Below are positions 42,801-52,968 of a DNA stretch of 64,000 nucleotides, piece by piece. Position 1 is the first letter of the stretch. Every line of letters begins with the position of its first letter. The position numbers and the translations under genes were made by a program. This stretch comes from Trichomonas gallinae (Eukaryota), in NCBI GenBank assembly GCA_008369845.1, contig MRSU01010312.1, positions 1 through 64,000 on the forward strand. The letters run 5' to 3'. The notes beneath the pieces are model-generated. The model was not told the DNA's origin. It was given only the letters and a program-made list of their open reading frames with translations, and did not search any database.

Positions 42801-45800
42801 ACATATTTGACAGCTGAAGAAGAAGAGGACGCACTCATGGCTAACGTCTGCATCTTAATGGAGCAGTGCCAGGACCTCTACGAGTTTGCTGTTCCAGCGA
42901 GAGTCATGATCAGAATCGCCGTTCAGCAGAGACTTCTTCAAGCATATATCGACCCACAGAACACACCATACGCTCCAACATTCACAACAACAAAACGTTA
43001 CATCAGATCTATCACAGACGAAGAAGAAATCGAGTGTTTCACAGAGATTTCGAAGCAGCTCGCATTGTGCTTCTTCAGGAAGGCAGATCCAGCGGCCATT
43101 GAGTACGCCAAGGCCATTGAATACCTCAGGAAGGACCTTCCACCTGAGATGCAGTTGAGAAAGTTGTCTCCTGATGAGGAGAGAGACATCATATTCAAGA
43201 CATTGCCATTGATGGTCGTCAACGATGATGTCCAGACAGAGCAAGTCAACATGAACAACTCTCCACATCTTTACAATTTCGATAACAGAGCTTTGGACAC
43301 TGTCACACCAACAGGCAAGCACCTCCAGGTATATATCGCACCACCGCTCCCAATGAACGTCAACAAGGAGCCACTCCTTAACGAGTTCTTCCTCCCAGAA
43401 GAAGACAAGACACACTCACCTGACTACATCAACACATACAAGGTTGCCCAGCTCACATTACAGATCGCCAAGGCCGGATATGTTCCGGAGCTCCACTTCG
43501 CCAAGCTCGGCACAGTCTACCAGAGCGACCACACTCACACGCAGATCAGAGGTCCAGTCGGCAAGATGCAATCAAGCGAGCACAGATACCTTAAGGTCGA
43601 CATTTCTTCAATCACAGTCGAAGGCAAAGTTCTCGAAGGCATGATTGTCTTACTGTATATCTTCGACAAGGCACTCGGCATTCCAGTCACTCAGCCATGC
43701 TACTTGAGAGTCGACGGCAACGGCAAGCCACATCCAGTCAACGGCTCCGAACACGTCTACTTCCAGATCACAAAGCCAAGGAAGGACCAGATCTTGATCA
43801 TGAGGTTGTTGCACCACTCAGCTGCCGACAAAGTTGCTTTCAACTTAGCAATCATGTCTGCAGACAAGGAGCTTCCTAAGAGAGAGGACCTCCCATGCAA
43901 CTTCGCCATCAGCTACATGGACGTTTTCGACGAGAGTCTCAACTTGCTCGAAAACTGCAAGTTCCCAGAAGACTTCCACATGGTTGTTAACAACAAGGAC
44001 CTCGAGAACGATGCATCAATGACATTGACTTTGATGCAGAGACCAGACACGAAGTGCAGCGTCGCCATAGACATGACTACATCTTTGTCACTTGGCAAGC
44101 CAAACGATTCTGTCTTCACATGGATGGAATCAGTCAAACCAAACACAGTCTTGAACTCTTTGTTGACGGAAGGACAAAATGCTTTGCCACTCATCACATT
44201 GAGGAACATCCAGTTCACATTCCAGAAGCCACAAGATTGCAAGTCTGTCTTCTTCACAGCCATGTTACTCGATGACGACTCTGACTTGAAGAACCCACAT
44301 CCACTCAGATGCGCAATCGACTACAACAGCAACAGCCTCGTCGAAGTCTACAAGTCATCTTGCGTTACAACATCAGTTAACCCAAGATTCAGCGACGTTG
44401 TCCAGTTCTACATTACAAGAGCTCCATCGACAAAGGCTCACATTTTGATCCAGTTCTGGATGAAGAAGGAAGATGGCTCTACAGCACTTTACAAGATCAG
44501 CGTCGTTGAGCTCTACGACTTTAACGACAAGATGTGGGCATCAGACAGCAACACAGAGTTGCCATTGTTCGAGCAGAAGAAGCTCAACAACAACAACTAC
44601 ATCCCATACAAGAAGCCGAACCAGAACTCCAAGTTCAAGTTCTTCTTCTCGATGCCAAGACTCTACTTCCTTCCAGAGTGCTTCGTCCCAGTCTTCAACA
44701 GCGGCGATGACTGCGGCACAGATACAATCGACATCTCCGGACTTCCGAAGAAGGATCTTTTGGCAGCCATCGTCCCAGTTACTGCTAGATTGCTTAAGAA
44801 CATGAGCGAGAAGAACATCGCCCTGTTAATTAACATCTACGCACAGTGGGAGAACCAGCAGGAGCTCGATGCAACGATCACAAGCTGGCTCACAAACGTT
44901 TACAGGCCAACAAAGCTCGGAGACAGCATTCCAAAGAACTTGCTTTTCGCTTACGGAACATATATCTCCAAGCTCATCTTAGAATCCAACAACGCATACA
45001 GACTCCACATGCTATTGAACATCATCAAGACAGCACCAATCATTTTGAGCATCATCACAGCAACACTCGCATGGAACCACAGGGAGTTCGATACATTAGA
45101 AACAATCGAAACGGAGTTTGTCATGCTCGTTAAGGCATTCACATCCCTTGTTTCTAACTTCTACAATCTTGAGATGATTGTTCCAGCGCACAGAGCATTC
45201 TCTGAGATGATGTTCTTCTCAACACCAATGTTCAACCACAAGTTCATTTTGTCTCAGATCGGCATCTTCCTCAACTTCACAAGTGTCAAAAGATTCAACG
45301 CTACAGACTTGCAGCCATTGTTCCCACCGCCGGATCCGAAGGACAAGAAGCCACATACACCACCAATTCCAAAGCCAGATATTTCCTCAAAGACAGCTGA
45401 GGAAATCTGCCTCACATTAAGGTTCAACTTTTTCGAGATCTTCTTCCACAGTGTCAACCTTGTCGCTAACATCGCTGTATACGGCGGCGAAGAGAATATC
45501 ATCGGATACCTCATTGACGGCATCAGGCGCGCATTCGTCCTCCACGACATTAACTTGATCCGCAGCTACATCGTCATGGTCGCACAGCTCTGCAGAGACT
45601 TGGAGCAGTTCTCAGTCATCTTGGCTCAGTCTGCCGCTGCTCTCTGGCAGTACATCGACCTCGCTATCGATGTCCACAGCTCAATCGAGATCAACACCAA
45701 CTACTTGCTCTGCCAGCACTTCGTCGTCCCAGTCTTGTTCATCATCCACGAGTGCGACAAGAAGTACTTGTTTGACAGACTCGCTGAGTACAGTGCAGCC

Positions 45801-47813
45801 AAGCTCAAGGACTTCTTCAAGTTCCTTAAGGACTGCGTTGAGGCTATTCTCCAGCCACCATCATCCAAGGGCTTGCTCGCAACAGTCAGACAGTCAACAA
45901 TCACTAACGAGATGAAGCACTTGAACGAGATGAAATTCGAGTCCAAGGATGTTAACTACGCATTGTTCAACGAAATCACAATGCGTTACCTGTTCTTCTT
46001 CATCGACTCAATCAGGAACAGCTTCAACTTACTACCAGCCATGGAAGAAGCTTGCGGATTGCTTCTTTTGTTGTTGAACAGACTCCAGGAGCCTTCATCA
46101 ATCGGCAAAATCATCGTTATCATCTGCCACTTAGTCGACAAGTTCAGGAAGGACATCTTGACAAGACACACCAACTCACTCAATCAGATCATCCACCAGG
46201 CTATCAAGCTCTGCAAGAGACATCTCAGAATCTCTCGCGCAGGTGGTGCTGCATTGATCCTCCACATCTTCTTCATGGAATACATGACAACGAGACACAT
46301 CATCATCACATCACATTACTTCTTCTACAACTACACTGATTTGGTCCTCGACTCAGAACATTTCCACTTGAAGATCTTCGGCACATTGCTTGAGACGCTC
46401 AACTTGTTCACATCCAACTTCCACGCAATGAAGAGTTACGTCGAACTCCTCGAAGAGAGAATGGCAGCCGCAAGAGTTGTCTATGACGCTTTGATCAAGC
46501 TGAAGTCATCTAACTCATCTCCTGAATTCAAGACAGAGCAGATGCTCAGAATCGCCGACCAGTTCTTCACATACCCAGTCCTCAGACTCAAATGGCTCCA
46601 CAACATCATCAAGGTTAACGAGGACGCCAAGCTCTGGTCATCAGTCTTCGTCACATACATCAGAATCGCTCACCTTGTCAGCGTCATCGTCCAGCGCAAT
46701 AAGAAGGAGAGAATCCCATCCCTCGACTTCAGCTTCGTCCCATCATCACAGGAAGAAGAGGCAGTCAACATCGAATACGTTGACACTAAGTACAGGCACC
46801 TCCTCATCGACAACTCCGAATTCACTGCTGACGGTATCATCAACGCATGCGAAGGTGCTGCAAGAGCAGCTAAGGATCGCGGATTATACCTTCATCACAG
46901 ACACACACTTGTCCAACTTGTCGCACTCTACGAGATGAAGAGACGCTTCAAGTTGTTGACAAGTACAGCAGCAGAATTATCTCAGATGTACGGCAACTTC
47001 TCACGCGCTGATGAAGAGCCACTCTCGTTCTATCTCCTCGAGCGCAGGAAGAACGGCCAAGTCTTGTCCAAGAAGTTGTACGTCAGCCCAATCTCCAACA
47101 TCGACTCATTCGTTAAGTTCCTCAATGATCCACAGCAGTTCAGGTTCGATCACGGAGAGATGGCACAGAACTTCCCATCGTTCGAGGCCGCATCTAAGAT
47201 CCTCAACAACACATGCGTCTTCACAGTCAAGTCCAGACACTCACTCCTCGAGTACAACTGCGAGCAGGAGTTCTACTGCGACGAGGCTGACAAGAGACAC
47301 TTGTTCAAGACGAAGCTTGTATTCCCATCTACTTTGATGTGCTCGCTTATCGAATCTGAGGAAGTCACAGAGATCTCTGATGCTGTCAGGATAAGAGAAG
47401 AAATCACAGCACACAACGACCACATCAAGCAGCTCGCTAAGTCAATCACACTCATGCTCCCATCTTCCGAGTTCGCTAACAGATTCCAGGAATACAGATA
47501 TGCTATGCCAGTTTCAACACTCGAGAAGAGAATCAACGCGGCTTCCGATCCTGCCTTCGCAAACCGCGTAGAGTCGAGACTCAAGCTCATCAGAGAGCCA
47601 GCTCTCGAACTTGCTGAGACACTTAAGAGTGCTGCATCAGTTTATGTCACAGCAGCTACACTTCTCGGTGAAAACGACGAAGTTGCGAAGAACAAAATGA
47701 CATGCATCGTTAACTACCTCAAAGTTGTTACACAAGAGAGGACAGCAATGATTGATCCAATGAAGCTTAAGGAAGATCCACTCAACTACAAGCGTGAATA
47801 TGAAGACTTTTAA
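39804..47813 (+). CDS. DOCK-family Rho/Rac GEF-like protein (2669 aa)
   Basis: DHR1/C2-like NPRFSDVVQF...AHILIQF and DHR2 lobe-A-like PE...EQMLRIADQFFTYPVLRLKWL..I; strong C-ending codon bias. Confidence 0.78.
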   Translation: MSLSPETSREENIPTVKPLHEECSEISASLYQIKKIVEEVKEPEDFKNHWSSIYGLLQEYKVATTYPHEDLIALKSLSFVDKILNLQNYLEYVNKDLQNLEDTPGELNFFIRRNLAPLYYYKYLLQDLKGDEIKQADKKSKQFEDLKVVINTLASKIQKYMPVMPKYPILTNVKNLINVFQEFILQINLAKDSEQLKLKKVQVEQFEAIAKFFEENIKPLQGIIDQDDIELKTVTFNDLTTLRFYIDNLGYSASAFSRAWPTYSFVVAISQMLYLLDPVIKAKAFLGAPCGTPLDVQGSLIFCKKATEQILATEHPCLSSFKEYLNRLKKFFTNFAELLKPIIEKDEVDNARRIMKEQFKYLFNLSGYLYSNKLYNESALFELSLIRFNAALTALNFKKKQVQFLNNEFEAKPSQYSTKSQFIFNEIGYNYFHAHVSTLIKYYINPSPTARSYAQVKQVEFCLRFNQEKQNDLYQTSITTIKNIIENVSQIDTSSYEGYHRAIKISEELSKQILYVDMVTHEKDQIPEQFKEMPKLFEEAANAVNSKLDEFMNTFIRPVNKLSIDELLLVIHAVLESIDEKTRNAADFNDDLTRNMAELESRLVVVSEHINKIISKQLSVLTQKKELEDDLSAVNNAFMNNNDMFDTNVREFYLSKISPFLMQSFEILLSHLSQFEDREYEPVEISEDLNSVTTAVLRLLEAELNEPSIIHIRMVDAITLILHNLYSARTGVLIENPKQVLGLIDNLKQDLSLLWDDVNYFHSDMEQSTSNNAMYSAAWKIRHLNSDYVKDSDLHAELCAADELFQQVKEDERFGTFFTDCSTEIAPVIQKTSSKTSREGTETEEWGKLFVKIIEDINNNWYVPASLQFVDHFTKSCEHLNMALEILGQPQAKAGPFENSLEQVHTSQKGYIEYIEAASKIYGDRQFWAAVKDAATTQIPRDEDRITKAIADLQRLTETEPESLQSNAKRPFAQDVLFLLQISKMTAFKQHDAFMNECITYLTAEEEEDALMANVCILMEQCQDLYEFAVPARVMIRIAVQQRLLQAYIDPQNTPYAPTFTTTKRYIRSITDEEEIECFTEISKQLALCFFRKADPAAIEYAKAIEYLRKDLPPEMQLRKLSPDEERDIIFKTLPLMVVNDDVQTEQVNMNNSPHLYNFDNRALDTVTPTGKHLQVYIAPPLPMNVNKEPLLNEFFLPEEDKTHSPDYINTYKVAQLTLQIAKAGYVPELHFAKLGTVYQSDHTHTQIRGPVGKMQSSEHRYLKVDISSITVEGKVLEGMIVLLYIFDKALGIPVTQPCYLRVDGNGKPHPVNGSEHVYFQITKPRKDQILIMRLLHHSAADKVAFNLAIMSADKELPKREDLPCNFAISYMDVFDESLNLLENCKFPEDFHMVVNNKDLENDASMTLTLMQRPDTKCSVAIDMTTSLSLGKPNDSVFTWMESVKPNTVLNSLLTEGQNALPLITLRNIQFTFQKPQDCKSVFFTAMLLDDDSDLKNPHPLRCAIDYNSNSLVEVYKSSCVTTSVNPRFSDVVQFYITRAPSTKAHILIQFWMKKEDGSTALYKISVVELYDFNDKMWASDSNTELPLFEQKKLNNNNYIPYKKPNQNSKFKFFFSMPRLYFLPECFVPVFNSGDDCGTDTIDISGLPKKDLLAAIVPVTARLLKNMSEKNIALLINIYAQWENQQELDATITSWLTNVYRPTKLGDSIPKNLLFAYGTYISKLILESNNAYRLHMLLNIIKTAPIILSIITATLAWNHREFDTLETIETEFVMLVKAFTSLVSNFYNLEMIVPAHRAFSEMMFFSTPMFNHKFILSQIGIFLNFTSVKRFNATDLQPLFPPPDPKDKKPHTPPIPKPDISSKTAEEICLTLRFNFFEIFFHSVNLVANIAVYGGEENIIGYLIDGIRRAFVLHDINLIRSYIVMVAQLCRDLEQFSVILAQSAAALWQYIDLAIDVHSSIEINTNYLLCQHFVVPVLFIIHECDKKYLFDRLAEYSAAKLKDFFKFLKDCVEAILQPPSSKGLLATVRQSTITNEMKHLNEMKFESKDVNYALFNEITMRYLFFFIDSIRNSFNLLPAMEEACGLLLLLLNRLQEPSSIGKIIVIICHLVDKFRKDILTRHTNSLNQIIHQAIKLCKRHLRISRAGGAALILHIFFMEYMTTRHIIITSHYFFYNYTDLVLDSEHFHLKIFGTLLETLNLFTSNFHAMKSYVELLEERMAAARVVYDALIKLKSSNSSPEFKTEQMLRIADQFFTYPVLRLKWLHNIIKVNEDAKLWSSVFVTYIRIAHLVSVIVQRNKKERIPSLDFSFVPSSQEEEAVNIEYVDTKYRHLLIDNSEFTADGIINACEGAARAAKDRGLYLHHRHTLVQLVALYEMKRRFKLLTSTAAELSQMYGNFSRADEEPLSFYLLERRKNGQVLSKKLYVSPISNIDSFVKFLNDPQQFRFDHGEMAQNFPSFEAASKILNNTCVFTVKSRHSLLEYNCEQEFYCDEADKRHLFKTKLVFPSTLMCSLIESEEVTEISDAVRIREEITAHNDHIKQLAKSITLMLPSSEFANRFQEYRYAMPVSTLEKRINAASDPAFANRVESRLKLIREPALELAETLKSAASVYVTAATLLGENDEVAKNKMTCIVNYLKVVTQERTAMIDPMKLKEDPLNYKREYEDF

Positions 47814-48120
47814 AACATTTTCTTTTTAAAAATTTATTATTGAAAATCTTCTTTTTCTTTTTTATTTTGATTCATTTACATATTTGGAAGATAAGAAAGA
47901 GTTTATAGAAGAATTACAATGTTTCAAATGGTTCCTTGGACTGACTACACTGTTCTGTCATAATAATAACCTTGAAAAAGTTTACGTTTTATGTATAAAA
48001 TATAAAAATAACCTTTGCATTTCAAAAGTGACACTTTAGACAGGGGGTGCATCCATATCTGTCACTTTTTCAAATGATTTTGATGCTGGATTGTGAAATA
48101 AAAAATCAAATTTTTGAGAG

Positions 48121-48163
48121 CTTTACGTGTCAAAATTGATATGTAAACCAGTCACTTTTCGTT
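48121..48163 (+). promoter_or_regulatory. 43-nt composite module, copy 1
   Basis: 38/43 ungapped identity to 54983-55025. Confidence 0.7.
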
Positions 48164-48318
48164 CTGTATATATAAAAAAATTGTTTCGTGGATTTTTGCA
48201 TCACTTTTCACCATGATTCAGTTTTGATAAATATTAACCTTATTGTAAAATGTAAAGTATAAAATTAACCTTTAAATTTTGTCAGTTTTTCTTGTATCAT
48301 CGCATAAAAATTTTATAA

Positions 48319-49269
48319 GTCTCTGTGCGTAGTGCCAATGCTGCAATATACCCATACAAGGGCACGACGCACAACATCTCATCTCCATATGAAGTTATTT
48401 TGCCCAAAGGCCGATTCTTCATTGAATTATGGGGATGCAGTGGTGTCACATCACCCAAAATGTCATATGGGTCATATGTCAGTGGTGTTTTAGAATTGAA
48501 TAAATCAAATTCCTTCTATCTTCACGTTTGCCATCAAGGCGTTCCGCAATCAGCATTTCGTGCATATGGCGGAGGTGGTCCAGGGCAAATTGGAGGTGGA
48601 GGAGCTACTGATATAAGACTAAAAAGTGGTACATATGAAGATTTTGATGGATTGAAGTCAAGAATCATCGTCGCATCTGGTGCGGGAGGCCATGATTCAG
48701 AAGACTTTCCTGGTGCCGGTGGTGGTCTTTTTGGCTTCAATTCATCAGCAGGATTCGGACTAGGAGGTACGCAAACGCATGGAGGCCAAAGCGGTGTTTT
48801 TGGATCATTTGGCTTCGGCGGTGGCAATGGATCAAGATTATTTATAAAGGGTGATGCTGACGATGGAAATGGTGCTGGTGGCTCGGGTTATTTTGGTGGT
48901 GGAAGTTCTAGAAATCAACTAAACTATGCAGGCGGGGGTGGAAGCTCGTTCATAAGTGGACATCCCGGATGCATAGCTGTAGCAGAAGACTTCACTGAGC
49001 AGAACATGAAGTTCTCTACGAACGAAGACCAGTCAATCCACTTCTCAGGAATCCGGTTCACTAACACGCACATTATTGATGGTAACTCTCCATGTTCATC
49101 ACCGAACTATGTCGATCCATCCTACAAATACAACAACAATGGCCATCCTAACAACGGCCTCATTCGTATCACCAAACTTTCATCATTTATGTGCACACCG
49201 TACATCCACTACTCAACTCACATTCGAAGTCTATATTTGTATGTCTTCATTCTTATTGATTCCAAATAG
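48319..49269 (+). CDS. Glycine-rich domain (ALK/LTK GRD-like) surface-family ORF; start codon unresolved
   Basis: ELWG, GSYVSG, GGGATDIRL, SRIIVA.G.GG and GGGGSSFISG motifs. The frame opens after TAA 48316-18; first in-frame ATG is 48460. Confidence 0.75.
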   Translation, partial: VSVRSANAAIYPYKGTTHNISSPYEVILPKGRFFIELWGCSGVTSPKMSYGSYVSGVLELNKSNSFYLHVCHQGVPQSAFRAYGGGGPGQIGGGGATDIRLKSGTYEDFDGLKSRIIVASGAGGHDSEDFPGAGGGLFGFNSSAGFGLGGTQTHGGQSGVFGSFGFGGGNGSRLFIKGDADDGNGAGGSGYFGGGSSRNQLNYAGGGGSSFISGHPGCIAVAEDFTEQNMKFSTNEDQSIHFSGIRFTNTHIIDGNSPCSSPNYVDPSYKYNNNGHPNNGLIRITKLSSFMCTPYIHYSTHIRSLYLYVFILIDSK

Positions 49270-49410
49270 GCGATAAATCGAGAATTAAACTACTAATATG
49301 CAAACAAATAATAATAAAAAGTTAGTAAATGTTTATATATTAAATTTTCTAGCGTTAAAATAAATTTTGTTCTTAGTTATTTAAATATTTATAGATAAAT
49401 CAGTTAATAT

Positions 49411-49605
49411 TAACATCTATTCCTGGAACTGTCAGAAGGAGCATGACGTTTTGCTGAAGCCCAAATCAATGCTATATAACTGTCATTGATTTTTGAGTAA
49501 GCATCTACTCCTTTTTTTGAAGCCTAAATCAAAGCTGTATAGCTATCATCGTCTATTGCCAAGATATCTATTCCAGGAACTATGTGAAGTAAACTGATAA
49601 CTTGC
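49411..49605 (-). pseudogene. Ankyrin-repeat relic
   Basis: Minus strand reads VISLLHIVPGIDILAIDDDSYTALI*ASKKG...YIALIWASAK and, in another frame, LLLTVPGIDV. Confidence 0.7.
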
Positions 49606-49766
49606 ATAGTGAGCGATTCATCGAGAAAGTTCAATTTTAACAAAATATAGTATCAATGGATTCTAAAGAGAGCAAAATAATCGTCGATGTCAAAAAATGG
49701 ATAAAAGAGACGAAATTTGACACAAAAGTGACAAAGATTTTAAAAAGTGACATTAACGTGAAATCA

Positions 49767-50240
49767 ATGGCACAGTCTTGGGTGATGAATACTCAAGCTC
49801 GAAGCATTGGCAGCGAAGCAATGGCCACAGCTGTTGATAATAAAAAGAGAATCATGAGTTCTTCCCTTTTTGCTGATGATGCTCCGAGATATCAATCGAG
49901 AAATAATAATTATGAGCATCCACAGCCTCAAAATCAATCATTCAATCGACAACCCCAGCAATACCAAGATCAAACGAATTATTCTTCGCCGCCGCGCATA
50001 GATATTGCACAACCTGTTTACAGCTCACAGCCTATGAATCAAATACCTGATTTCGTTCCATTATCATTTCCACAACCACCTGAAATAATAACGAACTTCA
50101 AAACGCGTCCACAAATGAGAAATTATGGCGGTAGAAGACTCGATGTACTCCCAAATGATGAAATGCACAAAATTAGAGATTCCCTCATAACTGATTCAAC
50201 AAATATTTCAAAAAGGCTTCGTCAAATTGGTCAGAATTAG
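49767..50240 (+). CDS. Hypothetical Q/P-rich protein
   Basis: Track start is 49656, but AAAAGTGAC motifs at 49724 and 49743 and a TCA just before ATG 49767 favour the later start. Confidence 0.65.
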   Translation: MAQSWVMNTQARSIGSEAMATAVDNKKRIMSSSLFADDAPRYQSRNNNYEHPQPQNQSFNRQPQQYQDQTNYSSPPRIDIAQPVYSSQPMNQIPDFVPLSFPQPPEIITNFKTRPQMRNYGGRRLDVLPNDEMHKIRDSLITDSTNISKRLRQIGQN

Positions 50241-50612
50241 TTCTAATCAATATAACGAACTTTGCAATCGCGATAATTTTATTTATGCATTACTTAGAAA
50301 TGATCTTATGATCCATTAGTTGCATGTATACTGAATAATTCTGTTCAAATTGACTAATTTGAATTTTTCATATTTTTATATCCTTTTTCCTTTGTTTATT
50401 TGCTTTTGTTTATTTTAAATTTACAATACAATATGCTTATTATTAGTTAAATTATGCTTATATTTAAATAATTTTTTATCCAAAAAATATATTTAATAAA
50501 TACATTTAATAATGAATCACATGATAACATATATCGCAAATAATTTGCTCCCAGCAGTTAGAGCGAGAAATTTAAAAATTGATATAAAAAATTATGAAAG
50601 TAAAACAACAAT

Positions 50613-51161
50613 TTATTCATCATCTTCTTCATAATCACTGAACACTTGATTTTGAGCAACATCCTCCTCTGCATCTTCTTCTTCATCTTCCTCTTCTAGA
50701 CCATAAATCTTTGCAATTTCGTTTGAGAACCAATCAGTCTCTAAATCGTAAATCTTTGTTTCAACGTGTGGTGCTGCCACAGATTTTTCGAGATCTCTAT
50801 CACAAATTGGCACCCAGCCTGTTTTTGTCGCTAATGCTTGGAACTGAGCAGCCAAATATTGCATTTTATCTGGATTTTCGAGTGTTTCATCTGAAAAAAC
50901 TGGAGTTCCGCAGTATGGACATGGCCTCTCTCCTTCTGCGCGGCAAATTACACGACCACAGTTCATGCAATTGTTAACTGCTGGATGCTCAGTGCCGAAA
51001 CAGCCGCATTCTTTGTTAAAGTCGACTTCTTTGTCTGGGATATTAATTGTAACTTGAGGCATAATGGCTACATTCGTTTTCTTTTTGCTTCCTTTATTTC
51101 CTTTGCCAGCCCTGCGTCTTTCTGCTTGTTCGAGTAACTCTGTGAATTGTGTTTTAGACAT
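50613..51161 (-). CDS. C2HC5 zinc-finger protein (TRIP4/ASC-1/Rqt4-like)
   Basis: CGCFGTEH....NCMNCGRVIC..EG..PCPYCG; ATG at 51161. Confidence 0.85.
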   Translation of the reverse strand: MSKTQFTELLEQAERRRAGKGNKGSKKKTNVAIMPQVTINIPDKEVDFNKECGCFGTEHPAVNNCMNCGRVICRAEGERPCPYCGTPVFSDETLENPDKMQYLAAQFQALATKTGWVPICDRDLEKSVAAPHVETKIYDLETDWFSNEIAKIYGLEEEDEEEDAEEDVAQNQVFSDYEEDDE

Positions 51162-51308
51162 TTTTTGAAAAAAAAAAATGTTGATGAAAAAAAAAATTTT
51201 GTTCGAAATCAAAATTTTGCTTAAATCATCACAAATATACTATCTAGACTATCATATTTTGCGTAAATTTTGAATTTTATTCATTGAATATCAATATTTT
51301 ATAGTCAC

Positions 51309-51535
51309 AAAATATAAGACTTTATTTCTTTTCTTTTTATCATAACCATTATCTATAAGTCGAATAATATATCTTGTAATGATAAGATACGCATCATTAA
51401 CAATAAAAAAATTATTTTTATAAAATATATGACTTTATTTCTTTTCTTTTTATCATAATCATTATCTGTAAGTCGAATTGTATATATAGTAATGATGAGA
51501 TATACATCATAAACAATAAAAAAAAATTTTTTTTT
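51309..51535. repeat. Diverged tandem duplication, about 113-bp period
   Basis: gactttatttcttttctttttatcataa.cattatct.taagtcgaat at 51318 and 51431. Confidence 0.85.
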
Positions 51536-51608
51536 AATCAATTTGAATGAAAATAAAAACAAATTGTTTAGATACAAATTATCATATAAATGACCGAATC
51601 CGATGGAA

Positions 51609-52598
51609 TTATGCGAAGAAATTTGCATTTGCAAAAACACGAATAAGAACTCCAGCAAAGAATGTAATGAATGATATAATAGATGTCATAAGGTCTTCTC
51701 TGATATTTCTTGCAAATGTTTCTTCTTCTTCAGAGTTTAATAATCTAACACTTTCAACATGAACGGATTCTGTCGTCCAAATCAAATCTCTTGGTCTTTC
51801 AATCATAGAGAAGTTTTCACGTGAAATATGGTGACGAATAAACATGACTTCGTCGATAAACGGAAGTAAAAGCGAAAACCACATTTCGTAGATAAGATCA
51901 TTAATCATTGTTTCCTTACTAAGATATAAAATAAAAACACCAGTATTCAAAAAGAACAAAAGGACATTTTCAACATGTATGTATTTGAATGGAAGATATT
52001 GATGCCATGTATGCACAATATATACAATGCATATAGTAACAATTGATTGGAAAATTGATGTAAATTCTGCGGCAATTGCTAGTGTGCATATCACGACACT
52101 CGACAAAGTCCAAACTATGAAAGAAATCAATGGAGAGAGTCCGCCAAACTTCGTTACTGTAAAGAGGAAGAAGAATGCACTCGCTATAAGCTCGGAAGGT
52201 AGACTATAATCTCTAGGTAGAGGCATTCCATAATTAATTTCTCTCAAGCATGGTCCACTTTGCATGAGTAACATAGATATGGGTTCTATAAGCGTATATG
52301 AATAGCAAATTTGGTGGAAAAGCGATAATAGACTTAATCTTGTGACATGATATAATCGAGATGCTTTTTGAAACTGTCCGATTCTAAAAATTGTTGGAAG
52401 AACTAATAACAAAACTAGCGTGAGCAAAAGCATCGGGTAAGGTTCAGACCATCCCAAAAGGGGAGTGTAATGTCCTTTAAGTTTTTTCATTAGCTCGATA
52501 TTTGAGAAGCAACGATGCAAAAAGGAGTCACCTACTCGATTGCCGTATAGTTCTCCTATACCAACATTGTTATTGAAAAATGGTTCTTCTTTACTCAT
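51609..52598 (-). CDS. Multi-pass membrane protein, possibly degenerate PAP2-like
   Basis: About 7-8 hydrophobic segments; PC...YSLPS motif but no catalytic His/Arg. Confidence 0.65.
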   Translation of the reverse strand: MSKEEPFFNNNVGIGELYGNRVGDSFLHRCFSNIELMKKLKGHYTPLLGWSEPYPMLLLTLVLLLVLPTIFRIGQFQKASRLYHVTRLSLLSLFHQICYSYTLIEPISMLLMQSGPCLREINYGMPLPRDYSLPSELIASAFFFLFTVTKFGGLSPLISFIVWTLSSVVICTLAIAAEFTSIFQSIVTICIVYIVHTWHQYLPFKYIHVENVLLFFLNTGVFILYLSKETMINDLIYEMWFSLLLPFIDEVMFIRHHISRENFSMIERPRDLIWTTESVHVESVRLLNSEEEETFARNIREDLMTSIISFITFFAGVLIRVFANANFFA

Positions 52599-52968
52599 GA
52601 TTAATAATGATTTTATGTCATGTAAAAATTATTTTGTCATGTAAATTTAGAACTTAAAATTTGTCGTGTAAAAAATTTTCTGATATCATTTGTCATGTAC
52701 ATGATTTATTTGTCAGATATTATAAAACCTTCGAATTTTACAGAAGATGTATTTGGAAAAGTGAAACTATATGGATTTCCTTTAAAATTTCACAAAAACT
52801 ACTAAAAAATACACAAATAATGTTGAAAAACTAATTCAACAAAGAAGGTAATAATATAATGAATTATTATTATTATCTGATATTTAATGAATTTATCATG
52901 GTCAAAAAAACAAAATTACATATGATACCCGATTAATCAAAATGAATATTGAAGAGTATATGATTTTT

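Noticed and set aside
40513..47590. Many antisense and alternate-frame ORFs inside the DOCK-like gene
   Set aside because: Expected from strong codon bias; no motifs recognised.
48221..48332. Possible intron joining ATG 48213 in frame to the Gly-rich ORF
   Set aside because: No trichomonad branch/acceptor motif; a phase match arises one time in three by chance.
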